A stretch of 64,000 bases of DNA from a candidate division FCPU426 bacterium (GTDB taxonomy: Bacteria; Oederibacteriota; JAAXVQ01; JAUVAV01): contig JBFLYH010000001.1 in assembly GCA_040756875.1 (NCBI GenBank), positions 960,001-1,024,000 of the forward strand, read 5' to 3'. Position 1 is the stretch's first letter, and each line of letters begins with the position of its first letter. Shown here in pieces: positions 1 through 8,559 of the stretch. The notes below the pieces were generated by a model. The model made no database searches, was not told where the DNA came from, and saw only the letters and a program-made list of their open reading frames with translations. Position numbers and translations under genes: made by a program.

Positions 1-521
1 GCGGCAGGGGTCATTTCTGCATAAGTGCTATTGGAGCCTTTCGGAAAAAACAGGGGATCATAGCCAAACCCGTTTTGGCCCCGCAATTCGGTCCCAATGG
101 TCCCCCAAACCTTTCCGGTTCTGATTCTGATCGTGCCGTCCGGCAAAGCCAAAGCCATCGTGGTCGCGAAGAAAGCCCTGCGCTGGTTTCCTGTCAGCCC
201 GCGCATGCGGCGCAGCAGTTTCCGGTTGTTGGCCGCGTAGTCGTTCCCAGGGCCGGCGTAACGGGCTGACCGCACGCCCGGCTCCCCTCCCAAGGCAGGT
301 ACGAACAATCCCGAGTCATCGGCCAGGGCGGGCAGCTTCAGGGCGCGGGCCGTGGCCCTGGCCTTGAGTACGGCGTTCGCGGCCAGGGTGGCGCCGGTTT
401 CAGCCACGTCAGGCAAAAGAGGAAAAGCGGACAATGGCTTGAGCGTCAGCTTTGAACCGCGCAGGATTTTTCTGATTTCCGACAGTTTATGAAGGTTGGT
501 GGTGGCAACGACGATAATCAT
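1..521 (-). CDS. rdgB: RdgB/HAM1 non-canonical purine NTP pyrophosphatase (3' end cut by window edge)
   Basis: Manual translation from ATG at 521: MIIVVATTNLHKLSEI...ETGATLAANAVLKA...ALADDSGL...GGEPGVRSARYAG...GFGYDPLF. Lies directly downstream of rph. Absent from the ORF track because it runs off the edge. Confidence 0.93.
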   Translation of the reverse strand, partial: MIIVVATTNLHKLSEIRKILRGSKLTLKPLSAFPLLPDVAETGATLAANAVLKARATARALKLPALADDSGLFVPALGGEPGVRSARYAGPGNDYAANNRKLLRRMRGLTGNQRRAFFATTMALALPDGTIRIRTGKVWGTIGTELRGQNGFGYDPLFFPKGSNSTYAEMTPA

Positions 522-537
522 GGAGACTCAGCCCGCC

Positions 538-1278
538 TTAACTGGCGATCATTTCCCGTTCAGGCGAGTCGATAAGCTCCCGCTGCCGGCTGATCAGACT
601 CTGGATGCCCCTGCCGGCCAGATCCAACATGAGGTTCAGCTGATCCCGCGAAAACGCCTGTTTTTCGGCAGTGCCCTGCACTTCGATCAATTGGCCTCCG
701 CCGGTCATGACGACGTTCATGTCCACTTCAGCCCGGCTGTCCTCGGAATAATCCAGGTCCAGCAGCATCTCCCCGTCCACCAGACCCACCGAAACCGCGG
801 CCACGAAATCCCTGAGCGGCCATTCAGCCAGCCGGCCTTTCTGAGTGAGGCTGCGGCAGGCATCGGCCAGCGCCAAATACGCGCCGGTAATGGCGGCGGT
901 CCGGGTGCCGCCGTCCGCTTGCAAAACATCGCAGTCCAACAATACGGTCCGCTCCCCCAGTAATCTCAAATCCGTGACTGTCCGCAGGGAGCGGCCGATC
1001 AGACGTTGGATTTCCTGGGTCCGGCCCGTGCGGCCGCGTCCGGCTTCGCGCTGAATCCGTTCGGGCGAAGAGCGCGGCAGCATGCCGTATTCCGCCGTCA
1101 CCCACCCCTGGCCTTTGCCGCGCAGAAAGGGCGGCACCTCATCCTGCACGGTCGCCGTGCAGATGACCTTGGTCTCGCCGGTCTCGATCAGCACTGCGCC
1201 CTCGACCATTCGCAGATAGTTCCGGGTCAGTTTCAGGGGCCTGATCGCATCAGCCGCCCGTTGATTATATCGCGTCAT
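538..1278 (-). CDS. rph: Ribonuclease PH
   Basis: Motifs [72 protein letters not shown]. Start placed at MTRYN (ATGA overlap with the upstream stop). Confidence 0.97.
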   Translation of the reverse strand: MTRYNQRAADAIRPLKLTRNYLRMVEGAVLIETGETKVICTATVQDEVPPFLRGKGQGWVTAEYGMLPRSSPERIQREAGRGRTGRTQEIQRLIGRSLRTVTDLRLLGERTVLLDCDVLQADGGTRTAAITGAYLALADACRSLTQKGRLAEWPLRDFVAAVSVGLVDGEMLLDLDYSEDSRAEVDMNVVMTGGGQLIEVQGTAEKQAFSRDQLNLMLDLAGRGIQSLISRQRELIDSPEREMIAS

Positions 1279-2039
1279 GTCCTCTCCTTGGCCAGCAAGG
1301 CCAGGCACCCATTGGCGCCGTTATATTCGGGGTGCGCCGGCACGTTGACTTGAAAACCGGCCTGCCGCAGGTAATAAACCAAAGCCTGGTTCCTGGCGCC
1401 GCCGCCCACGAAAACCAGCTGTTTCAGCGGCCAACGCTCCAGCATGGGCCGCAGTCTCAGGAACACGGAATGGTTGACCCCAGCGCAGAGGCGGGCCAGA
1501 GGCACGCCGTCCGCCACTTTGCCCACAATCTCGGATTCCGCATACACCGCGCAGGTGGTGGACAAATCAGCCGGGTCCAGATAATAGCTAAAAAGCGTTT
1601 CCAAATCAACACCCATCACCTGGGCCATGTTTTCCAGGTAGCGCCCGCTCCCGGCGGCGCATTTGTCGTTGACCACGAAGTCTTCGACATGCCCGTCCCT
1701 GACGCGGACGGTCTTGGTGTCCTGGCCGCCCAAATCCAGAAGGCAAAACTCGCCCGGATGCCCCGCAGCCGCACCCCAGGCGTGCGCCTCAATCTCGCTT
1801 ACCACGAGAACGCCGGGCAGCTTGACATTATGCCGTCCGTATCCGGTCGCTGCCACTTCATCCAGGAACGGCAAGTCCAGCGAGGAGAGATCCAGGACAT
1901 GAGTTCCATCCTCCTGGCCACGGCTGTGATCGTGATAGAGACGGAAGGTCGGCAGGCTGAAACGCCGGAATTGGCCTTCGCCCGCGTCTAAAACGAATTT
2001 AACCTGGCGCGATCCGATATCAATGCCGAGTCGAACCAT
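1275..2039 (-). CDS. Acyl-CoA dehydratase activase (HgdC/BadF-BadG-BcrA-BcrD family ASKHA ATPase, [4Fe-4S])
   Basis: [36 protein letters not shown] and [11 protein letters not shown] (two cluster Cys). Start placed at MVRLGID. Confidence 0.9.
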   Translation of the reverse strand: MVRLGIDIGSRQVKFVLDAGEGQFRRFSLPTFRLYHDHSRGQEDGTHVLDLSSLDLPFLDEVAATGYGRHNVKLPGVLVVSEIEAHAWGAAAGHPGEFCLLDLGGQDTKTVRVRDGHVEDFVVNDKCAAGSGRYLENMAQVMGVDLETLFSYYLDPADLSTTCAVYAESEIVGKVADGVPLARLCAGVNHSVFLRLRPMLERWPLKQLVFVGGGARNQALVYYLRQAGFQVNVPAHPEYNGANGCLALLAKERT

Positions 2040-3048
2040 GTTGGGCCTTCTTTTTATGCCGCAGCATGTGCAGAAAAGCGTCCAAGCGGGTGCGGGTACG
2101 GCCATCCAACGGCCCCACCCGGTCGCCTTCCAGACTCAACACCGGCATTTTCAGATGCTGTCGAAATCCCTGATCCTCCAACTGATGGTGGCAAAAAGCC
2201 TGGATGTAGTGAATGTAGCCGTCCAATTGCCTGATTTGGGCCTGTTCCTGGATATCACGCAATCGCCCAAATACACTATACGGATAGGTATAATTCAAAT
2301 TTTGATCAAGTAAATCCTTGGCATATTCAGGCATGGCGAACTGCCGCGCAATCTCATTGAACACAACTCTCGCCCCGCGTTCTTCAAGATAGGAATAGAG
2401 GTCCGAAAACACGCCCGGCACCCCCAACAAGCCCAACCGGATCTCATCCGCCGGGTAGTCACGTGGCGGTTTTCTCAGCATCGCATCCAGTTCCATCTGA
2501 AAAACATCCGGGTCGCTTTTAAAGTCAGTGCAATTGACCAGGGCATATAAATTTTCCTGGCCCGAAAAGCTGTTCAGCTCCCAGGTTCGCCGATCAATTT
2601 CATGGGCCAGTTTCCGTATGACATCCAGGCGCTTTTTAGCTTCTTCAACCGCGTCCCATTGGACCCCGAAATACTCCATTAACTTTTGGACTTCCCGCCT
2701 CAACAGTTGCCGGTCCTGGTCATAGGGATACGAAAATGGGATGAATTCAACGCCCAAAGGCATGAGTAATTGCAACATGCTGGTCATGGGAGCGCAATCC
2801 CCTTGCATGACGCCAATGATTACGTTGATGTTCGTATTCCGGATGACGCTGTACACGCCCTTTACCCAGGCGCAGACCGTTCTGGGCATGCCTTGCCTTT
2901 CGGCCTCATCAATCAGAATCTGCGGCGGATTCCACGAAATAAAAGCGTTATTTAAATCAACCGGCACGCACCCAGAGGCATATACCACTTCCACAGGCAC
3001 GGTGGATGATATTCCAATGCGTTCCTTACCCGAGTGAACAACAGCCAT
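2020..3048 (-). CDS. 2-hydroxyacyl-CoA dehydratase family (HgdB/FldB-like) Fe-S protein
   Basis: TVPVEVVYASG, PRTVCAWVKG, QGDC, QAFCHH and C-terminal LSLEGD...RTRTRLDAF. Overlaps the activase gene. Confidence 0.85.
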   Translation of the reverse strand: MAVVHSGKERIGISSTVPVEVVYASGCVPVDLNNAFISWNPPQILIDEAERQGMPRTVCAWVKGVYSVIRNTNINVIIGVMQGDCAPMTSMLQLLMPLGVEFIPFSYPYDQDRQLLRREVQKLMEYFGVQWDAVEEAKKRLDVIRKLAHEIDRRTWELNSFSGQENLYALVNCTDFKSDPDVFQMELDAMLRKPPRDYPADEIRLGLLGVPGVFSDLYSYLEERGARVVFNEIARQFAMPEYAKDLLDQNLNYTYPYSVFGRLRDIQEQAQIRQLDGYIHYIQAFCHHQLEDQGFRQHLKMPVLSLEGDRVGPLDGRTRTRLDAFLHMLRHKKKAQHGSTRH

Positions 3049-3072
3049 GATAAACCTCTTGCAAACCAGTGC

Positions 3073-3834
3073 TTATTTAATCCCCAAAACCGGATGTATC
3101 TGGGGTAATAATCTAACTTGAGGGTGTTTGCGTATAACCGTTTTCATCAACATTTCCAAGGTTTTTCGCCCAGAAGGTGATTTCCAAGCAGCTCCGGTTG
3201 CAGGCTGTATAATCAAATCCCAGCCAGGTTTCACAGCATAAGCCAAAGCGGCGGCTTTGGCAATCTCGCGCTTGGAGGTCTCAGGCATAATAACCATTTT
3301 AATACACCCTTGTTTTTGGGGGAACTTCTTCAATACTCGATAATGGCGGGTGAAATCCGCAGATTGTTTGGTTGCAGAAGCCAGTTTAAAATCAAGGGAA
3401 ACGAAATCAAATATACCAATCTGTTTGATATTAAGAGTGTTTTCTAATCCATTTGTTTCCAATAATATTTTCGTTTTATTCATGCTTTTCTTTAAGCTGC
3501 GGGCTAATTTAACTAAAAATTCCGGCTGTTCCAAAGGTTCGCCGCCCGTAATAGCAATGCTATGAATCGGGCCCAGGGCGAGGACAAGACTTTTAATTTC
3601 CTGCACAAGTCCAGGTATGGCCACTGGATTATTTAAACGACGAATCCTGGGTGGAATACGTATTGCCCAGGTGTCCGGCTTAGGGATCCTTCCCCGCTTT
3701 GTGTCACAGTATTGGCACCTTTGCCTGCATCCCGCCAAACGGATGAAAAGCTGCCTCCGTCCCACCCAGCTTCCCTCTCCCTGATGGCTGATAAAAACCT
3801 CGGATAGGTATCCCCGGATTTGTTCATTCTTCAT
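3073..3834 (-). CDS. queE: 7-carboxy-7-deazaguanine synthase (radical SAM)
   Basis: EVFISHQGEG...FIRLAGCRQRCQYCDT (CxxxCxxC), ITGGEPL, ETNG, C-terminal RLLPQIH. Adjacent to queD. Alternative start at 3843. Confidence 0.88.
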   Translation of the reverse strand: MKNEQIRGYLSEVFISHQGEGSWVGRRQLFIRLAGCRQRCQYCDTKRGRIPKPDTWAIRIPPRIRRLNNPVAIPGLVQEIKSLVLALGPIHSIAITGGEPLEQPEFLVKLARSLKKSMNKTKILLETNGLENTLNIKQIGIFDFVSLDFKLASATKQSADFTRHYRVLKKFPQKQGCIKMVIMPETSKREIAKAAALAYAVKPGWDLIIQPATGAAWKSPSGRKTLEMLMKTVIRKHPQVRLLPQIHPVLGIK

Positions 3835-4192
3835 AGCGGACATACGCCCTGGCCGATTCCCAAACGGTTATTGCTTTCATTTTGACTGGAGAGCCTTCCA
3901 AAGCCTGTTGGCAATGACGGTAAATAACGCGCGCCAAATTTTCAGAGGTGGGGTTGATGTCTGCGAAATCCGGGAGGCTGTTTAAAAAAGAGTGGTCAAA
4001 TTTCTCGAGGACTTGCTGCAGCGCCTGTTTCAGGTCCTTGAAATCGATGCCCAGGCCCAGCTCATCCAGGTCAGGGGTCGTCACTTCGAGGCGGACTTTC
4101 CAGTTGTGGCCGTGAAAATGCTCGCATTGGCCCTGGTATTCCCGCAACTGGTGGGCAGCTGAAAAATCCTGTTCCACGGCAATGGTGAACAT
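3824..4192 (-). CDS. queD: 6-carboxytetrahydropterin synthase
   Basis: FSAAH, CEHFHGHNW (CxxxHGH), IDFKDLK, DHSFLN, NPTSENLA, VWES. Confidence 0.93.
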   Translation of the reverse strand: MFTIAVEQDFSAAHQLREYQGQCEHFHGHNWKVRLEVTTPDLDELGLGIDFKDLKQALQQVLEKFDHSFLNSLPDFADINPTSENLARVIYRHCQQALEGSPVKMKAITVWESARAYVRYEE

Positions 4193-4205
4193 GAATGGAA
4201 CCCGC

Positions 4206-5024
4206 CTAAACCGCCGTGCGGCGCACCGGACCGATGCGGCCGCCCCAAAGCCTGGCTCCGACTTGTATGAACTTCTCCGGTACGTCGGTCACTAAAAAAT
4301 GCTCCCGCCCTTTTCCGCCCGGCGCCATGAGGCCTTCTTTTTCAAGCGTGGCGCGAAGCTCCTTGGCCACTTCCTCGGCGGAATCAATAATGCGCACCCG
4401 CGAACCGCATACGCGCCGGATGACGGGTTTCAGCGCAGGATAATGCGTGCATCCCAGGATCAGGCTGCGCACCCGCTTTTTCAGCAGCGGCGCGAGATAA
4501 ATTCGCACAATCCGTTCGGAGACTTCGCCCTGCAGCCAGCCCTCCTCGACCAGCGGCACGAGCAGCGGGCAGGCTTGGGAATAGACTTTGGCGCCGCTTT
4601 TGAGGAGGTCGATGGTTTTCGGATAAGCCTGGGAATTGACCGTCGCCCGCGTTCCGATGACACCGATCGGTTCGCGTTCGGGAACGGCAACCGCGGCCCT
4701 GGCCCCTGGCTGAACCACGCCCAATATGGGCAGATCGAGCGCGCGGCGCAGTATGGGAAGGCTGTAGGCGGAAGCGGTGTTGCACGCCACCACCAGCGCC
4801 TTGATTTTGAAGCGCAGCAGGCGGTTGACGCACTCACGGGTGAAACGCACAACGGTTTCCCCGGCTTTGCTGCCATAGGGAGTGCGGGCCGTGTCGCCCA
4901 AATAAACGAGGTGCTCGGCAGGCAAGGCGCGCCGGATGGCCCGCATGACCGTGAGTCCGCCCACGCCGGAATCGAAAACCCCGACCGGGGCGTGGCGTTT
5001 CGACGGCGTGGTGCGTTTGTTCAT
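4206..5024 (-). CDS. murI: Glutamate racemase
   Basis: GVFDSGVGGLTV, DTARTPYG, VVACNTASA and LILGCTHYP (both catalytic Cys). Start at 5024 or 5030. Confidence 0.96.
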   Translation of the reverse strand: MNKRTTPSKRHAPVGVFDSGVGGLTVMRAIRRALPAEHLVYLGDTARTPYGSKAGETVVRFTRECVNRLLRFKIKALVVACNTASAYSLPILRRALDLPILGVVQPGARAAVAVPEREPIGVIGTRATVNSQAYPKTIDLLKSGAKVYSQACPLLVPLVEEGWLQGEVSERIVRIYLAPLLKKRVRSLILGCTHYPALKPVIRRVCGSRVRIIDSAEEVAKELRATLEKEGLMAPGGKGREHFLVTDVPEKFIQVGARLWGGRIGPVRRTAV

Positions 5025-6592
5025 CGCCATTTCCGGTCCGAACGCAGCTTGTACTCAAAGGAATCGGCTAAGGCTTCCCAGGAGGCTTCAATGACGTTCG
5101 TCGACACGCCCACCGTGCCCCACGCCGCACGCTCGTCCTGGCTCTCGATGAAAACCCGCACCCTGGCCGCGGTTCCTGTTTTGGAATCCAAGACCCTTAC
5201 TTTAAAATCAACCAACCGCATTTTCTTCAAATTCGGAAAATGAGGTTCAAGCGCTTTGCGCAAAGCATTGTCCAGGGCGTTGACCGGCCCGTCGCCTTCG
5301 GCTGCCGTATGGATCAGTATCCCCTTGAGTTTGATTTTTAAAGTGGCTTCGGTCACTAATTTCTGTTCACGTTGTTCTACGCTGACCCGATATCCTTCCA
5401 GATCGTAGAAGGAACGGCTTTGCTTTAATTGTTTTTCCATCAGGAGCCTGAAGCTTGCGTCGGCCCCTTCATATTTATAACCGTTATGCTCCAATTGCTT
5501 AACCCGTTCAATGATGCTCCTGGCTTCATCCGAGCCCGGTTTCAATTCCACGCCCATTTGCCCGGCTTTGAACAGAACCGAAGCCACGCCGGCCTGCTCC
5601 GAAATGATCAATCGGCGTTCGTTCCCGACGAGGGACGGGTTGATATGTTCATACGAAACCGGCGTTTTGCGGACCGCATCCACGTGCAAACCGCCTTTAT
5701 GCGCAAAAGCGTTCAACCCCACATACGGGCTGAACTCACGCGGCGGCACATTGGCGATTTCAGTCACCGCCCGCGATACCACTGTCAATTTGGAAAGCTT
5801 TTGAGGCGGCAGGCAGGCCTGCTTCATCTTGAGCTGCAAATTGGGGATCAGCGAGCACAAATTGGCATTGCCGCAGCGTTCGCCGTAGCCATTGATCGTT
5901 CCCTGCACCATGCGTGCCCCGGCATCAACCGCCGCCAGGGCATTGGCCACGGCCAATTCGGTGTCATTATGCGAATGTATGCCCAACGGCGTGGAAACGC
6001 CGGCCCGGGCGGCGCTGGTGATGGTACGGATGACATCGGGCAACGTGCCGCCGTTCGTGTCGCAAAGCACCAGCCAGGATGCGCCGGCTTCCGCCGCCGT
6101 GCGCAGGACTTCGAGTGCATAGGCGGGATTGGCCTGATAAGCATCGTAAAAATGCTCCGCGTCGAAAAACACTTCGCGTTTTTTGCCGACCAGGTAGTGC
6201 ACGCTGTCCTTGATCATGCGCAGGTTTTCCTCGAGCGTCGTGTGCAATACTTCGCGCACGTGCAGATCCCAGGTCTTGCCTACCAGTGCAATAACCGGCG
6301 CGCCGGTATCCAGCAGCGCCTGGATGGCCGGATCCTGGTCGACCCGGTATTTTGCCCGGCGGGTGCTGCCGAACGCGACCAGGCGGGCGTTCCGCAGCGG
6401 CTGCCGCTTGATCCGTTGGTAGAACTCGAGGTCTTTGGCATTGCCGGGCGCGGGATATCCGCCTTCGATGTAATGCACGCCCAGGTCGTCCAGCAAACGG
6501 GCGATGGCCAGTTTGTCCTCCAACGAAAACGATATTTCCTCGGCCTGGGCGCCGTCGCGCAGGGTGGTGTCATAGATCGTTATTTTCGTCAT
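5021..6592 (-). CDS. cimA: Citramalate synthase (LeuA/CimA family, DRE-TIM)
   Basis: YDTTLRDGAQAE, FFDAEHF, LCDTNGG, HSHND, GYGERCGNAN, AFAHKGGLH and a C-terminal regulatory domain (GDGPVNALDNALRKAL). Confidence 0.85.
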   Translation of the reverse strand: MTKITIYDTTLRDGAQAEEISFSLEDKLAIARLLDDLGVHYIEGGYPAPGNAKDLEFYQRIKRQPLRNARLVAFGSTRRAKYRVDQDPAIQALLDTGAPVIALVGKTWDLHVREVLHTTLEENLRMIKDSVHYLVGKKREVFFDAEHFYDAYQANPAYALEVLRTAAEAGASWLVLCDTNGGTLPDVIRTITSAARAGVSTPLGIHSHNDTELAVANALAAVDAGARMVQGTINGYGERCGNANLCSLIPNLQLKMKQACLPPQKLSKLTVVSRAVTEIANVPPREFSPYVGLNAFAHKGGLHVDAVRKTPVSYEHINPSLVGNERRLIISEQAGVASVLFKAGQMGVELKPGSDEARSIIERVKQLEHNGYKYEGADASFRLLMEKQLKQSRSFYDLEGYRVSVEQREQKLVTEATLKIKLKGILIHTAAEGDGPVNALDNALRKALEPHFPNLKKMRLVDFKVRVLDSKTGTAARVRVFIESQDERAAWGTVGVSTNVIEASWEALADSFEYKLRSDRKWR

Positions 6593-6607
6593 GGTGCGCT
6601 CCTTTCC

Positions 6608-8323
6608 CTAGGCCCTCGGCTGGTTCGGGTCCGAAGGACGGAAATCTTTGATTTCAACCTGTAGCGTGGTTGATTGGTTCCAGACATTTTCCGACGCATA
6701 ACCGGCAATATCAATCAAATTATGCAAAGCCGCCTCCTCAGCCCGATGGCCCAGGCCAAATCCGATGGCGTCGAGATATCGTCCCCGGTCGTCTGTGACC
6801 TTGAATTTAAGGTGCTTCTCCCCCACCACCCGGGGCGGCAAACACAGCTTGAGCCGCTTGAATCCCAGAAGCGGACGGGGATTTTGACATCCGAAGGGCT
6901 CGAACTGACGCAGTTCCGATATCAAGCGCGGGTTCAATTCGCCGATTTCCGAGTTCGCTTCCAATCGCAAGCGTGGCGCAAGCGTTTCGGCTCCCAACCG
7001 GATTGAGGCTTCGGCCTGCATCGCCGCGGCAAAGGCGTCCAGACGTCCCTCTTCAAGCTTCACGCCTGCCGCCAATTCATGTCCTCCCCATTGTTGCAGC
7101 AATCCCTCAAGGCCCGGCAAAACCTGATGCAATGGAAAGCCGGGAATGCTGCGGGCTGAGCCGCGCAACAAGTTCTTTTCCTGGGTAAAGATAATGCTGG
7201 GACGCCCGTATTTGTCGCACAAACGGGAAGCGACCAAGCCAACCACGCCGGCGGGCCAATCCTTCCCGACGGCGATCAATACCGAAGGCAAATCCGGGGC
7301 AGCGGCAATGTGCGCTTCGGCCTGGGCCAAAACCGCCTGTTCCAGATTCTGCCGCTCCTGATTCTGGCTGTGCAGAAACGCAGCCAGATTCTGCGCATCC
7401 TCCGCATCGTGTGCCAGCAACAGATCCAGCCCCCTGCGCGCATCGCCCAGCCGCCCGGCGGCATTGAGGCGCGGTCCCAGCCTGAACGCCACGTCCAGGG
7501 AAGTGACCGGTTTGTCCTTCAGACCCGCCGCCCGCGCTAGGGCGGCGAGCCCTATCCGCTGGCTGCGGTTGATGACCACCAAACCGGCTCGGACCAGGAG
7601 CCGGTTTTCTCCGACCAGGGGCACCACATCCGCGATGGTCCCCAGCGCCACCAGGTCGAGAAAGCGCCTCAGGGCTTCGGGATCCTTTTCGCCCAACGCG
7701 GCGGCCGCCGCGCGCACGACTTGAAACGCCACGCCGACGCCGGCCAACGACTTCCAATCCGGGTCGCTCCCTATTTTCGGGTCGACGACCAGATTGGCCT
7801 GCGGGGTTTCCGCACCCGGTTCATGGTGATCAGTGATCAACACTTCCAGGCCCCGTTCCCTCGCCAAGGCCACTTCAGTTGACGCCGTGATTCCGCAGTC
7901 CACGGTGACCAGCAGTTTTGCGCCGGAAGCGGCCATCTCCTGCACTGCCGGGGCATTCAATCCGTAACCGTTTTCAAGCCGGTGCGGCAGGTAAGCCTCC
8001 GCCGTCCCGCCGCGGGAACGGATGAATTCCAGCATCAACGCCGTGGCGGAAATGCCGTCCACATCGTAATCCCCGAATACCGCGATCCGCTCGTTCCGCT
8101 TCACCGCCTCCGCCAGGCGGTTGCCGGCAGCTTCGGCGCCGGGCAAATCCGTGTACGAGCGGAAGCGCGGAGCCGTCGGCCGTAAAAAATCCGGTGCCGT
8201 CTCCTCGTTCAACCCCCGGCGCAGCAAGATTTGGGCAACCAGCGGCAGCACATTCAGCCGGCGTGCCAGGGATTCGGTCTGAAGCGCATCGATGGCAGAC
8301 GGTTCAATCCAAAGTTTCTTCAC
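6608..8323 (-). CDS. recJ: Single-stranded-DNA-specific exonuclease RecJ
   Basis: GDYDVDG, TVDCG, ITDHH, GTIADVVPL, PRLNAAGRL, GSARS, GGHELAAG. GTG start at 8323 preceded by AGGA. Confidence 0.95.
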   Translation of the reverse strand: MKKLWIEPSAIDALQTESLARRLNVLPLVAQILLRRGLNEETAPDFLRPTAPRFRSYTDLPGAEAAGNRLAEAVKRNERIAVFGDYDVDGISATALMLEFIRSRGGTAEAYLPHRLENGYGLNAPAVQEMAASGAKLLVTVDCGITASTEVALARERGLEVLITDHHEPGAETPQANLVVDPKIGSDPDWKSLAGVGVAFQVVRAAAAALGEKDPEALRRFLDLVALGTIADVVPLVGENRLLVRAGLVVINRSQRIGLAALARAAGLKDKPVTSLDVAFRLGPRLNAAGRLGDARRGLDLLLAHDAEDAQNLAAFLHSQNQERQNLEQAVLAQAEAHIAAAPDLPSVLIAVGKDWPAGVVGLVASRLCDKYGRPSIIFTQEKNLLRGSARSIPGFPLHQVLPGLEGLLQQWGGHELAAGVKLEEGRLDAFAAAMQAEASIRLGAETLAPRLRLEANSEIGELNPRLISELRQFEPFGCQNPRPLLGFKRLKLCLPPRVVGEKHLKFKVTDDRGRYLDAIGFGLGHRAEEAALHNLIDIAGYASENVWNQSTTLQVEIKDFRPSDPNQPRA

Positions 8324-8559
8324 AATCCTGTTCTCGCATTCTTGGTTGAGGCGGAATAACGGCCAGGGAATGGGCGAAGGAGTGCTGGAACGTCCGACCG
8401 AAACAGGAGCGCTGTGGAGCCCCCCGATCATATTCGGGACATCTCGCCTGCCAGACGGCGTCCCTTCAGGGAAAATCCCATATCATCCAGTCGGGACGAC
8501 ACCCCCGGAGCAGTCGTTAAAATATCCCGGCTGAACGGTCCGCGGCCTAAACAGGGGGT

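Noticed and set aside
4193-4205. preQ1 riboswitch upstream of queD
   Set aside because: Only 13 nt separate murI and queD, and no preQ1 consensus is visible.
8324-8559. Possible ncRNA or small gene in the 236-nt gap before recJ
   Set aside because: No recognisable RNA family motif or strong stem. The 8431 start in the track is just an upstream extension of recJ.
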